Translations under genes and position numbers: made by a program
Notes under the pieces: model-generated
Told to the model about the DNA's origin: nothing
The model's database searches: none
What the model saw: the letters and a program-made list of their open reading frames with translations, nothing else
Shown: positions 1-9,392 of the stretch, in pieces
Layout: every line of letters begins with the position of its first letter
Numbering within the stretch: the first letter of the stretch is position 1
Source: Vicinamibacteria bacterium
Lineage (GTDB): Bacteria; Acidobacteriota; Vicinamibacteria; Marinacidobacterales; Marinacidobacteraceae
DNA length: 64,000 nt
NCBI GenBank assembly: GCA_963555995.3
Contig: OY821641.1
Location: forward strand, 2,368,001 to 2,432,000
Direction of reading: 5' to 3'

Positions 1-157
1 GTCCTCCGCGCCGCCCGACCCCTCCGGGACCACCCACCCGTCACCCGCCGGGCGGCCCTCGAAGCGTCCCCTGATGACGCGAGGCGAAGGGCGCGCTTCG
101 GAGCGATCGCGCGGGGAGTGCCGGCCTCTTTCGCGTCGGCGGATCCTGCCCACGGAC

Positions 158-166
158 TGTTAGAAT
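158..166 (+). promoter_or_regulatory. Extended -10 promoter (TGtTAGAAT) for tRNA-Leu(CAG)
   Basis: TGn-TAGAAT ends 14 nt upstream of the tRNA, in a very GC-rich background. Confidence 0.6.
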
Positions 167-180
167 CGCCCGCTCCGCGG

Positions 181-266
181 GCCGAAGTGGCGGAACGGCA
201 GACGCGCTGCGTTCAGGGCGCAGTACTCCTTGCGAGTGTCAGGGTTCAAATCCCTGCTTCGGCACC
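181..266 (+). tRNA. tRNA-Leu (anticodon CAG); 3' end reads ACCG, so CCA is not fully encoded
   Basis: Acceptor stem GCCGAAG/CTTCGGC, anticodon arm CTGCG-TTCAGGG-CGCAG, long variable arm, T-loop GGTTCAAATCC. Confidence 0.95.
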
Positions 267-273
267 GCGCGCT

Positions 274-360
274 GGTCGGGCTGGGGGTGGGGCGCAAAGG
301 CGGTTTCACGAGCCGAGTTCAGGCAATGGGTAGGGGGAGCGCCCCACCCCCAGCCCGACC
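274..360. repeat. 22-bp perfect inverted repeat with a 43-nt spacer, directly after the tRNA
   Basis: GGTCGGGCTGGGGGTGGGGCGC (274-295) and its exact reverse complement (339-360). Confidence 0.9.
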
Positions 361-465
361 GGCACTTCGTGCCTCGAATCGGAACTCGCCGCATCGGGTT
401 TGTACACGGCTGAACCATAAGCCGATCCGAAGCGGCGGGCGAGTTTCGATTCGCGCTGTCTTTTT

Positions 466-497
466 TGTGAAAGGGGGGGCGCGCCCCCCCTTTCACA
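466..497. repeat. 32-bp perfect palindrome
   Basis: TGTGAAA-G7-CGCG-C7-TTTCACA. Confidence 0.9.
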
Positions 498-520
498 CTT
501 TCCCCCCGGATGGCGCGTAC

Positions 521-577
521 GGCCTGGAACGCCGGTCTCCAGACCGGCACCGCGGCGGTCCCCGCCGCGCACGGCGC
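521..577 (+). repeat. REP-like two-hairpin repeat, copy 1
   Basis: GGAAC + GCCGGTCT-CC-AGACCGGC + CGCGGCGG-TCC-CCGCCGCG + CACGGCGC; homologous to copies at 20.3-20.9 kb, 27.9 kb and 40.1 kb. Confidence 0.85.
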
Positions 578-660
578 AACCCCAACCACCCGCACGGCAA
601 CCGCCGCCCCCACCCCGGCCGAACCGCGTTTCCTTGAGCACCCGGATCGCGCACCAGATT

Positions 661-683
661 GGAACGCCGACTTCAGCCGGCAC
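661..683 (+). repeat. Degenerate REP-like copy (hairpin 1 only)
   Basis: GGAACGCCGACTTCAGCCGGCAC resembles GGAACGCCGGTCTCCAGACCGGCAC. Confidence 0.55.
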
Positions 684-741
684 CCCCCCCGCCACCGGCG
701 GGCGGACCGCGGGGCGCCACCGCGCGAAGTGGCGTCCACCG

Positions 742-1230
742 CTAAGAAAACACGTAGAGGAGCGTGCCGCCCGGGACACCCTCCAACAACAACACGATCC
801 GTCCGGATCCATCCCCGTAAGCCCGGCGGTAACGGTCACGGAGAAGGCTCAGGTCAAACTCGTAGTCCTGGGTCAGCCACGCCTCGCAGGAGTCACCGTT
901 CGCTTCGTGCGCGAGAGACAGCGGGAGCTGCACGGGATCCGATTCCAGAAACGACTCCGAAGCGACGAGGGTGAACTCGTGGCGCGCGCAGCCCCCGGCA
1001 TACGACAGGTTGAGGCTCAGGGTGTCGCCGGCAATCGCCGCGTCATTCAGAACGAAGGGGTCCCGGCCAAGGAGATGCGGCGCCTCCGAAACGACCACGG
1101 CGCCGGCACGGGGTCCCGCCGGGGGAACGTCATCCACCGAGACCGCGATGCGGGTGTCCAGCCCGCCCTCACCGCAGGCCGCGAGGGCCGCGGCTCCCAG
1201 AAACCACAGCCGCCAGCGCAACGAATTCAC
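742..1230 (-). CDS. Putative lipoprotein with a NigD-like C-terminal domain
   Basis: Lipobox LAAC after a hydrophobic stretch; YAGGCxxH...HEANGDSCEA motif; GGAGGA upstream of GTG at 1230. Confidence 0.65.
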   Translation of the reverse strand: MNSLRWRLWFLGAAALAACGEGGLDTRIAVSVDDVPPAGPRAGAVVVSEAPHLLGRDPFVLNDAAIAGDTLSLNLSYAGGCARHEFTLVASESFLESDPVQLPLSLAHEANGDSCEAWLTQDYEFDLSLLRDRYRRAYGDGSGRIVLLLEGVPGGTLLYVFS

Positions 1231-1276
1231 CGGGCCGATCCTCCGCAACGGCAAGGTCGAGTTGGCGGGAAGCCGC

Positions 1277-2854
1277 TCAGTTCTCCGGCTTCTCCTCGCT
1301 CCGCACCGTCGGGTACTCGATCCCGAGCTGCTCCAGATACGTGTCGTAGGTGTCCGGGTCGTAGTAGAACGGCCGCATCGCCTCCCGGAAGGCGCCCATC
1401 CGCTCCTCGTTGAGGTGGATCGCGGGGGGGTCGTCGGGGCCGACCAGCGGCGTGTACTGGTGCTCGGCGGTCTGCTCGGCGAAGTAGTCCCGGGCGGCCG
1501 GGATCAGTTCCGGATCCAGCAGCAGGTCCATGAGCGTCATGGCGATCACCCGGGCCCCGGCCACCGCTCCCTTGTGCGCGATGGGGGTCGCCATCGCGAC
1601 CCCGTTCGCCCAGTGGTGGCCCGGACCGCCCGGAATGTTGGACGGGAAGCGCAGGGTCACGGTGGGCACGGCCCACGAGATGTCCCCGATGTCATCGGAG
1701 CCGCCGCCGAGCCGCGGCGGCTGCACCGGGCCGCCCATCTCGCCCAGTTCGGTCGCGAGGCCCCGCACTTCGACCCCGAGCTCGCGCTGGAGCCCCCGGG
1801 CGAGCGCCAGATCGGCTTCGCTCCACTCGGGAAGCCCGACCCTCTCGATATTGGCCCACACCGCCTCCGCCACCGGTTTGTTGAAGTGGCGAGGGTAGGC
1901 GTGTCCCAGGATGCGCCACGACACCTCGGTGGAGGTCATGGCGGCGGCGGCCTGCGCCATGGTGTTCCCCAGTTCGTAGAGCTCCCTCATTCCCGGCTGT
2001 TCGAGTTCCCGGAAGTAGTACCAGACGGACGCCAACTGGGGCACCACGTTCGGCTGGTCGCCCCCGTTCGTGATCACGTAGTGCGAACGGTGGGGAAGCC
2101 GCAGGTGCTCACGCTTGACGTTCCACGCCATGTTCATGATCTCCACGGCGTCGAGCGCGCTCCGCCCCCGCCACGGCGCGCCCGCCGAGTGCGCCGACTC
2201 GCCCGTGAAGGTGTATTCCACCGACACCAGGCCGTTGCCCCTGCCCTGGCCCCAGCTCACCCCGAACTGGTTGGAGACGTGGGTGAAGATGCAGACGTCC
2301 ACGTCCTCGAAGTAGCCGTCGCGGATGAACCAGGCCTTCGTGCCGACCACCTCCTCGGCCACCCCGGGCCAGATGACGATCGTTCCGGGAATCCCCTCGC
2401 GCTCCATGATCTCCTTCACGGCCAGCGCGCCGGCGATGATGACCGCCTGTCCCGAGTTGTGGCCCTCGCCGTGCCCCGGCGCCCCTTCCACCAGCGGGTC
2501 GTGATACGCGACGCCCGGCTTCTGCGACGCCTTCGGAATCCCGTCGAGGTCGCTGCCAAGCGCGATCACCGGTGATCCGGAACCCCACTTCGCCCACCAC
2601 GCCGTCGGGATGCCCGAGATCCCGTCCTCCACCTCGAACCCGTTCTCCCGCAGGACTTCGGTGAGATAGCGAGAGGTCTCGAACTCCTGGAATCCGAGTT
2701 CGCCGAAGCTGAAGATCGAGTCCACCATCACCTGGACCAGCTTGGCCCGCTCGGCCGCCCCCTGGTCGGCGACCGGACGGAGAGCCTCGAGGTCCTGGCC
2801 CGCCACCGGCGCGGCAAGGAAGAGGGCGAACAGGGCCGGAAACAGTCGGCGCAT
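1277..2854 (-). CDS. Exported M20-family amidohydrolase (AbgB-like)
   Basis: Signal peptide MRRLFPALFALFLAAPVAG; ELGFQEFETS, GHGEGHN, AEE, SAHSAGAPWRGRSALDAVE, GGSDDIGD motifs; TAGAAT -10 on the minus strand near 2906-2911. Confidence 0.85.
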   Translation of the reverse strand: MRRLFPALFALFLAAPVAGQDLEALRPVADQGAAERAKLVQVMVDSIFSFGELGFQEFETSRYLTEVLRENGFEVEDGISGIPTAWWAKWGSGSPVIALGSDLDGIPKASQKPGVAYHDPLVEGAPGHGEGHNSGQAVIIAGALAVKEIMEREGIPGTIVIWPGVAEEVVGTKAWFIRDGYFEDVDVCIFTHVSNQFGVSWGQGRGNGLVSVEYTFTGESAHSAGAPWRGRSALDAVEIMNMAWNVKREHLRLPHRSHYVITNGGDQPNVVPQLASVWYYFRELEQPGMRELYELGNTMAQAAAAMTSTEVSWRILGHAYPRHFNKPVAEAVWANIERVGLPEWSEADLALARGLQRELGVEVRGLATELGEMGGPVQPPRLGGGSDDIGDISWAVPTVTLRFPSNIPGGPGHHWANGVAMATPIAHKGAVAGARVIAMTLMDLLLDPELIPAARDYFAEQTAEHQYTPLVGPDDPPAIHLNEERMGAFREAMRPFYYDPDTYDTYLEQLGIEYPTVRSEEKPEN

Positions 2855-2986
2855 CACGGGAAACCTCACTCCGGCGGCGCCGCCCATCCCGGCCCGCCGG
2901 GCAGCGATTCTACCGGCGGGACAGTAGCCGGAAACCGGCGTCGCCACACTGCTAAGCTCCCGCCGCCAGGAGGCTACGGCGCCGCT

Positions 2987-3071
2987 GCGAAAGTGGCGGA
3001 ACTGGCAGACGCGCTGGATTTAGGATCCAGTGGGGTAACCCGTGGGGGTTCGAGTCCCCCCTTTCGCACCA
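2987..3071 (+). tRNA. tRNA-Leu (anticodon TAG)
   Basis: GCGAAAG/CTTTCGC acceptor stem + ACCA, CTGGA-TTTAGGA-TCCAG anticodon arm, GGTTCGAGTCC; usual position upstream of tig; TGcTAAGCT -10 at 2950-2958. Confidence 0.97.
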
Positions 3072-3110
3072 GCGCGCCCCTCCCCACCACCGTGCCTGAG
3101 TAGCGAGTTC

Positions 3111-4508
3111 GTGGACAACAGCACCCCTTCGGAACCCGAGAGCGAACGCGCCGACCTGCTCCCGGTCATCCCGTCTCCCCGGCCGCCGTTCCCAGAGAAG
3201 GACCGCATTCCGGACCTCGCTTTCCGGCTGGAAGAGGAAGGCCAGTCCCGGCGGGCGATCGAAGTGACGATTCCGGCGCCGGTATTCGAGGAGGCGGTCC
3301 AGCAGGAACTGCGGCGCATCCGCCGGAAGGCCCACCTGCGCGGGTTCCGGAAGGGCAAGGCCCCCAGGGAGCGGATCGAACTCCTCTACGGGAGCGAGGC
3401 CGCCGAGGAGGCCATGAGCCGTCTGCTCGGGCGGGCGACCCGACAGAGTCTCCACGAACTCGATGTCCATCCGCTCGACGTGCCGAAGGCGACGCCCGAG
3501 GAGCCGACCCGCGGCAAGCCGCTCGTCGCGAAACTCCGCTTCAGCGTGTGGCCGGAGGTGGGCACGGTCGACTTCGAGGGGATCAAGGTCACCACCCGGG
3601 ATGTCTCGGTGACGGAGTCCGATATCGGCGAAACGCTGGAGCAACTGCGCATGGAGAAGGCCCGGCCGGGGCAGATCGAGGGACGCGGCATCCAGGACGG
3701 CGATTTCGTGGTCGGCGACCTTCAGGAATCGAGCGCCATCGAGCTGGCCGGGGGGCCGGCTCCGCAGGTAACCAAAAACGTGCCGCTGAAGGTGGGAAGC
3801 GACGCCTATCACCCCGCGCTCCACGAGGCGATCCAGGGCGCCGGCGAAGGGGACACCGTGGTCGCGACCGCCAGTTTCGGCGAGGAGTCTCCGGACCCGC
3901 AGCGCGCCGGACGGGCGATCCGGGCCGCCTTCACGATCAGGCAGGCCCGAACGCCGGTGCTGCCCGCCCTCGACGACGCCTTTGCGCGGGATCTGGGCGC
4001 GGACTCGCTCCTTGCCCTGCGCGGCGACATCCGGGACCGGCTGCGCCGGCGGGCCGACCAGAACGAACGCCGCGCGGTCGCGGAACAGCTCGTGGACGCG
4101 CTCCGCGAGAAGAACCCGGTGGAACCCCCCGAACCGCTCGTCGAGCGCGATCTCGACAACCGCGTGCGGATACTCGCGAACAGCATGATGCAGGGCGGGA
4201 TGCCCGCCGAGCAGGTGCGCTCCGAACTCGAAAAGCACCTCGACACGCTCCGCGCCGAGTGCGAGAAGACGGTGGCGTCCACGATCCTGGTGGACGCGCT
4301 GGCCGACCAGCAGGGCATCGAGACGACCGAGGAGGCCGTCGAAGCGCGGCTCGAAGCGGAAGCCTCAGCCGCCGGCAAGTCCCAGGCGGCGCTCCGGGCC
4401 GCCATGGAAAAGGACGGCCGCCTCGAACGGGTCCGCACCCAACTCCGCCGCGACGCGGCGATTGATTTCCTGCGGGACCGCGCGGAACTCACGCCCGCCC
4501 GGGACTGA
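3111..4508 (+). CDS. tig: Trigger factor
   Basis: GFRKGKAP ribosome-binding motif; [10 protein letters not shown]; tRNA-Leu-tig-clpP synteny; start moved to GTG 3111 to avoid overlap with the tRNA. Confidence 0.9.
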   Translation: MDNSTPSEPESERADLLPVIPSPRPPFPEKDRIPDLAFRLEEEGQSRRAIEVTIPAPVFEEAVQQELRRIRRKAHLRGFRKGKAPRERIELLYGSEAAEEAMSRLLGRATRQSLHELDVHPLDVPKATPEEPTRGKPLVAKLRFSVWPEVGTVDFEGIKVTTRDVSVTESDIGETLEQLRMEKARPGQIEGRGIQDGDFVVGDLQESSAIELAGGPAPQVTKNVPLKVGSDAYHPALHEAIQGAGEGDTVVATASFGEESPDPQRAGRAIRAAFTIRQARTPVLPALDDAFARDLGADSLLALRGDIRDRLRRRADQNERRAVAEQLVDALREKNPVEPPEPLVERDLDNRVRILANSMMQGGMPAEQVRSELEKHLDTLRAECEKTVASTILVDALADQQGIETTEEAVEARLEAEASAAGKSQAALRAAMEKDGRLERVRTQLRRDAAIDFLRDRAELTPARD

Positions 4509-4594
4509 CCGCCGCCGTGACGGTTTCTGGCGGTGGGACCTCGTATGCTCACGCGAACCACCGAACCCCAGCGAAACCACGAGGAACGAACACC

Positions 4595-5188
4595 GTGATT
4601 CGAGACCAGATCCTGATCCCGCACGTCATCGAGCAGACCGGACGCGGGGAACGCGCCTACGACATCTATTCCCGGCTGCTCAAGGACAACATCGTCTTCA
4701 TCGGGCAGCCGATCAGCGACGAACTCGCGAACACCGTGGTCGCCCAGCTCCTCTTCCTCGAGTCGGAAGACCCGGAGAAGGAGGTCTCCCTCTACATCAA
4801 CTGCCCGGGCGGCTCCGTGACGGCCGGGCTCGCAATCTACGACACGCTGCAGTTCATCCGGCCCGACGTGACCACCTACTGCCTCGGTCAGGCGTCCAGC
4901 ATGGGGGCGATCCTGCTCGCCGCCGGGGCGCGCGGGAAGCGGTTCGCGCTCCCGAACGCCACCGTCATGATCCACCAGCCGCTCGGCGGCGCCAGGGGCC
5001 AGGCGACCGACATCCAGATCCAGGCCAACGAGATCATGCGGGTCCGGGCGCGCCTCACCGAGATCCTCGCCCATCACACCGGGCGCCCGTCGAAGGAGAT
5101 CGGCCGCGACATCGAGCGGGACCACTACATGACCGCCGAGGAGGCCAAGGCGTACGGGGTGGTGGACTCCGTCATCGAGCACCGGTAA
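4595..5188 (+). CDS. clpP: ATP-dependent Clp protease proteolytic subunit
   Basis: [29 protein letters not shown] (catalytic Ser), [13 protein letters not shown]; GAGGA before GTG 4595. Confidence 0.97.
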   Translation: MIRDQILIPHVIEQTGRGERAYDIYSRLLKDNIVFIGQPISDELANTVVAQLLFLESEDPEKEVSLYINCPGGSVTAGLAIYDTLQFIRPDVTTYCLGQASSMGAILLAAGARGKRFALPNATVMIHQPLGGARGQATDIQIQANEIMRVRARLTEILAHHTGRPSKEIGRDIERDHYMTAEEAKAYGVVDSVIEHR

Positions 5189-5342
5189 CGGCTCCCGCGG
5201 CGCCCCGGTCGGCGGCGCCTCGCGGCGCGTCGCCGAACGCGCCGAACGACCCGGTCTCGCTTGAATTCGGCCCCCAAAACGGGCAAACTATTGTGTCCTT
5301 CCGGGCGGTAGTTCGACGGTCGGATTCCCGGGTGGAAAACCA

Positions 5343-7757
5343 ATGAAATTTCGGAGCTTCCAGCGCAGATCCTTCGCTCTGATCCTGTTGGCGGGCACGA
5401 CACTCGGAAACGCCGCAGGGGAACCGGCTCCCATCCCGGCGACAAGCCCCCGGATCGCGGCTCCCAGCGACGCCGTGGCCAACCGGGTGGTGCGCAGCAC
5501 CTGCACGATGTGCCACAACGACCGGCTGATGACGGGGAACCTGTCGCTTCAGGAGTTCGACGTGGCGAAGGCGGCGGAGCACGCGGACGTGGCCGAGGCG
5601 ATGGTCCGGAAGCTGCGCGCCGGGATGATGCCGCCGCCCGGAGCGCGCCGGCCGGGCAGCGAGGCGCTGCTGAGCCTGGTGGAAACCCTGGAGTCCCGCC
5701 TCGACGAGGCCGCCGAGCGCTCCCCCAACCCGGGAGACCGGCCCTTCCAGCGCCTCAACCGCCACGAGTACGGGGAGGCGATCCGTGACCTGCTCGATCT
5801 GGAGGTGGACGCCGGAGACTGGCTGCCGCTCGACCAGATGAGCAACAACTTCGACAACATCGCCGAAGCCCAGACCCTCTCGGCGACCCTGCTCGAGAGC
5901 TATCTGAACGCCGCCAGCGCCATCAGCCGTCTCGCGATCGGCCAGCGCGGCGGAAAGCCGGTGGACCACACCTACACGAACTCGCAGTACCTCTCGCAGC
6001 ATCCCTGGGACCACGTCGAAGGCGCGCCCTACGGCACCCGCGGCGGGCTGGTGGTGGACCACACGTTCCCGGCGGACGCCGAATACACCTTCGGGGTGAC
6101 CTTCACCTCCGGGGCCAACACCCGCATCGAGGACATCGACGTCTCGATCGACGGCGAGCGGGTGGCGCTGCTGGCCTACGACACGAACCGCCGGACCGGC
6201 GCCGACGGCCGGGGCAGCGTGATCACCCTGACCCGGCCCATCTTCGTCCGCGCCGGCACCCGGCGGATTGCCGCCGCCTTCATCCGGCGGCAGCACGGAC
6301 CCTACGAAGACCTGATCCGTCCCCACGACTGGTCCTACGCCGGGGGCGGCTCGGGGGGCGCGGGCATCACGACGCTCCCGCACATCCGGGACGTCATCAT
6401 CACGGGCCCCTACAACGCCACGGGCCTGTCGGAAACGCCGAGCCGGCGCCGTATCTTCTCCTGCCGTCCGACGACCCCCGAAGAAGCGCGGCCCTGCGCC
6501 GGCCGGATCCTCGCGCGGCTCGGTCGCGAGGCGTACCGGCGCAACCTCGGCGGGAAGGAAGTCGAAGACCTGCTCGGGTTCTTCGACGAGGGCGCCGCGG
6601 CCGACGGCTTCGAAGCCGGGATGCGGACGGCGCTCGAGGCGCTGCTCGCGAGCCCCCACTTCGTGCTGCGCCTCGAACGGGCGCCGGCGGACGCTCCGGA
6701 CCGGGGATTCCGGCTGAGCGACACCGACATCGCCTCGCGCCTGTCGTTCTTCCTCTGGGGAGCGCCCCCGGACGACGAGCTCCAGACGCTGGCGGACGAG
6801 GGCCTCCTCACCGAGGAGGAAGTGGAACGCCAGGCGCTCCGGATGCTCGCCGACCCGCGCGCCGGGGCGCTGGGCCGCCGTTTCGCCGCCCAGTGGTTCC
6901 GGTTGCAGGACATGGACAAGGTCAAGCCGGACCCGAACTTCTTCCCGAACTTCGATGACAACCTCGCGTCCGCGATGCGGCGCGAGACGGAGTCATTCTT
7001 CGCCAACCTGGTGCAGGAAGACCGCAGCCTCCTCGACCTCTTCCAAGCCGACTACACCTTCCTGAACGAGCGGCTCGCCCTCCACTACGGGATCCCGGGA
7101 GTCGCCGGCCGGCAGTTCCGCCGCGTCCGGTATCCCGACGAGACCCGCCGCGGGGTCTTCGGCCACGGGAGCGTGCTCGTGCTGACCTCGCTCGCGAACC
7201 GCACCTCTCCGGTGCTCCGCGGCAAGTGGGTGATGGAAGTGCTGATGGGCACGCCGCCGCCCCCGCCGCCGCCCGACACCCCGGTGCTGGAAGAGATCGA
7301 GGAAGTCGCCGACGGGCGGAGGCTCACCACCCGCGAGCGGATGGAGATGCACGCCGCCAACCCGAGCTGCAACTCGTGCCACCGGTTCATTGATCCGATC
7401 GGCCTCGCGCTCGACAACTTCGATGTCACCGGCAAATGGCGCCTCCGCGAGAACGGCGGCCCGCTGGACACCCGCGGCGACTTCTACGACGGCACGCCGG
7501 TCTCCAGCCCGAGCGAGCTGGTGGACGCCCTGCTGCACCGGCCGATCCCGCTGGCGCGCACCTTCACCGAAAACCTGCTGGCGTTCGCGATCGGCCGGCC
7601 GATGGAGCCCTTCGACGGGCCGACCGTCCGCCATATCGCCCGGGCCGCCGAACAAGACGACTACCGCATGGCGTCCTTCATCATGGGCGTGGTGCGGAGC
7701 GACGCCTTCCAGCGCAAGCGGGGTGACGCCACGTCCCCCCTCGAGACAATCCAATAG
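5343..7757 (+). CDS. Exported c-type cytochrome protein with DUF1587/1595/1592/1588/1585-type domains
   Basis: Signal peptide; CTMCH and CNSCH heme motifs; KLRAGMMPP, RLNRHEY, SRLSFFLW..PD, RTSPVLRGKWV, DPIGLALDNFD. Confidence 0.85.
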   Translation: MKFRSFQRRSFALILLAGTTLGNAAGEPAPIPATSPRIAAPSDAVANRVVRSTCTMCHNDRLMTGNLSLQEFDVAKAAEHADVAEAMVRKLRAGMMPPPGARRPGSEALLSLVETLESRLDEAAERSPNPGDRPFQRLNRHEYGEAIRDLLDLEVDAGDWLPLDQMSNNFDNIAEAQTLSATLLESYLNAASAISRLAIGQRGGKPVDHTYTNSQYLSQHPWDHVEGAPYGTRGGLVVDHTFPADAEYTFGVTFTSGANTRIEDIDVSIDGERVALLAYDTNRRTGADGRGSVITLTRPIFVRAGTRRIAAAFIRRQHGPYEDLIRPHDWSYAGGGSGGAGITTLPHIRDVIITGPYNATGLSETPSRRRIFSCRPTTPEEARPCAGRILARLGREAYRRNLGGKEVEDLLGFFDEGAAADGFEAGMRTALEALLASPHFVLRLERAPADAPDRGFRLSDTDIASRLSFFLWGAPPDDELQTLADEGLLTEEEVERQALRMLADPRAGALGRRFAAQWFRLQDMDKVKPDPNFFPNFDDNLASAMRRETESFFANLVQEDRSLLDLFQADYTFLNERLALHYGIPGVAGRQFRRVRYPDETRRGVFGHGSVLVLTSLANRTSPVLRGKWVMEVLMGTPPPPPPPDTPVLEEIEEVADGRRLTTRERMEMHAANPSCNSCHRFIDPIGLALDNFDVTGKWRLRENGGPLDTRGDFYDGTPVSSPSELVDALLHRPIPLARTFTENLLAFAIGRPMEPFDGPTVRHIARAAEQDDYRMASFIMGVVRSDAFQRKRGDATSPLETIQ

Positions 7758-7768
7758 GAGAGACCATC

Positions 7769-9175
7769 ATGTCGCTCATCACCGGAAAGTACCTGCCTCG
7801 CCGGACGTTCCTGCGGGGTGCCGGGGCCGCGGTGGCCCTTCCCTACCTCGACGCGATGTTGCCGGCGGGCCTCGGCAGCAAGGCCGAGGCGTCGCCGACG
7901 GACGTGACGCGCCTCGTCTGCATCGAGGAAGTGCACGGCCTTCCCGGCTGCAACGAGTGGGGCGCCACCCAGCACCTGTTCGCACCGGACACCGAGGGAC
8001 GCGACTTCAGGATGTCGGACGACAACGCGCTGAAGTCCCTCGAGCCGTACCAGGAGTACCTGACCATCGTCAGCAACACCGACGTGCGGATGGCGGAGGC
8101 GTTCACCGGGCCGGAGATCGGGGGAGACCACTTCCGGTCGTCCGCGGTCTTCCTGACCCAGTCCCACCCGAAGCAGACACAGGGCTCGGACATCTGGTGC
8201 GGCACCTCGCTCGACCAGTACTACGCGCAGGCGTTCGGCCAGGCCACCCCGATGCCGTCCATGCAGCTCTGCATCGAGAACCTCGACCAGGCCGGCGGCT
8301 GCACCTACAACTACTCCTGCGCCTACACCGACTCGATCAGTTGGGCGTCGCCGAACGAGCCGCTGCCGATGATCCGCGACCCGCGGGTCGCCTTCGAGAT
8401 GCTGTTCGGCGCGGGGAGCAGTCCCGAGGAGCGCGCCGAGCGCCGGGCCACCCGGCGCAGCATTCTCGACTGGATCCTGAGCGACGTGGCCGAGGTCCGC
8501 AACGAGCTCGGGAACATTGACCGCCTCCGGATGGACCGTTACCTCGACCACGTTCGCGAGGTCGAGCGGCGCATCCAGATGGTCGAGGGCTACAACAACA
8601 GCGGCGAGACCCGGGAACTGCCGGACGCGCCTCCGGGGGTGCCGGACTCCTTCACCGAGCACATGCAGCTCCTGTTCGACCTGCAGGTCCTGGCGCTCGA
8701 GACCGACATGACCCGGGTGATCTCGTTCAAGACCGGACGCGACGCCCAGAACCGCTCGTTTCCCGAGAGCGGGACGAACTCACCGTTCCACCCCGCGTCG
8801 CACCACGGCAACCGGGAAGAGCGGATCATGGACTTCAACACGATCTGCAAGTACCGGGTGGGGCAGCTCCCCTACTTCCTGGAGCAGCTCAAGAACACGG
8901 AGGAAGACGGCGTTTCGCTGCTCGACAAGACGGCGATCATCTGGGGCTCCCCGATGGCCGACGCCAACATCCACAACCACCGGCGCGCTCCGCTGATGTT
9001 CCTGGGCCGGGCGAACGGGCATCTCACCGGCAACCTCCACGTGAAGGCTCCGGACGGGACGCCCATGGCGAACGCGATGCTCGCCGTCGTGCAGTCGCTG
9101 GGCCTCGAAATGGAGTCCTTCGGCGACAGCAACGGAACGCTCTCCGTGACGGAGCCGATCACGGACACGGACTAG
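7769..9175 (+). CDS. DUF1552 (HxxSHH) protein with Tat signal
   Basis: PRRTFLRG twin-arginine signal, LPYLDAM, HPASHH motif, HNH; usual partner of the DUF1592-type gene. Confidence 0.85.
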   Translation: MSLITGKYLPRRTFLRGAGAAVALPYLDAMLPAGLGSKAEASPTDVTRLVCIEEVHGLPGCNEWGATQHLFAPDTEGRDFRMSDDNALKSLEPYQEYLTIVSNTDVRMAEAFTGPEIGGDHFRSSAVFLTQSHPKQTQGSDIWCGTSLDQYYAQAFGQATPMPSMQLCIENLDQAGGCTYNYSCAYTDSISWASPNEPLPMIRDPRVAFEMLFGAGSSPEERAERRATRRSILDWILSDVAEVRNELGNIDRLRMDRYLDHVREVERRIQMVEGYNNSGETRELPDAPPGVPDSFTEHMQLLFDLQVLALETDMTRVISFKTGRDAQNRSFPESGTNSPFHPASHHGNREERIMDFNTICKYRVGQLPYFLEQLKNTEEDGVSLLDKTAIIWGSPMADANIHNHRRAPLMFLGRANGHLTGNLHVKAPDGTPMANAMLAVVQSLGLEMESFGDSNGTLSVTEPITDTD

Positions 9176-9358
9176 CAGCCTGTGGACAAAGTCACGCGGC
9201 ATTCGAACGCCGATACATCCCGCCTGAACCGCGCCTCTGCGAGGCGCTCGGCGTTGCGTTTCGGTCGGAATACACTCGGTATTCCTCCCTCACGCGCCTT
9301 GTCAGCCGGGCGCCTCGGCGTTCTCGGTGCTCACGTCACTTTATCCACAGGCTGCTAG
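9172..9358 (-). mobile_element. 187-bp structured MITE/REPIN-like element, copy A
   Basis: CTAG-CAGCCTGTGGACAAAGT...ACTTTATCCACAGGCTG-CTAG terminal inverted repeat; same length and core as copies at 15395 and 44694. Confidence 0.85.
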
Positions 9359-9392
9359 GAGTCCGGTCCCATCCGGGCGAAGGAGAAGGCCA

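Noticed and set aside
181-3071. Genomic island or prophage bounded by the two tRNA-Leu genes
   Set aside because: They are different isoacceptors, not an att duplication; no integrase or phage genes lie between them.
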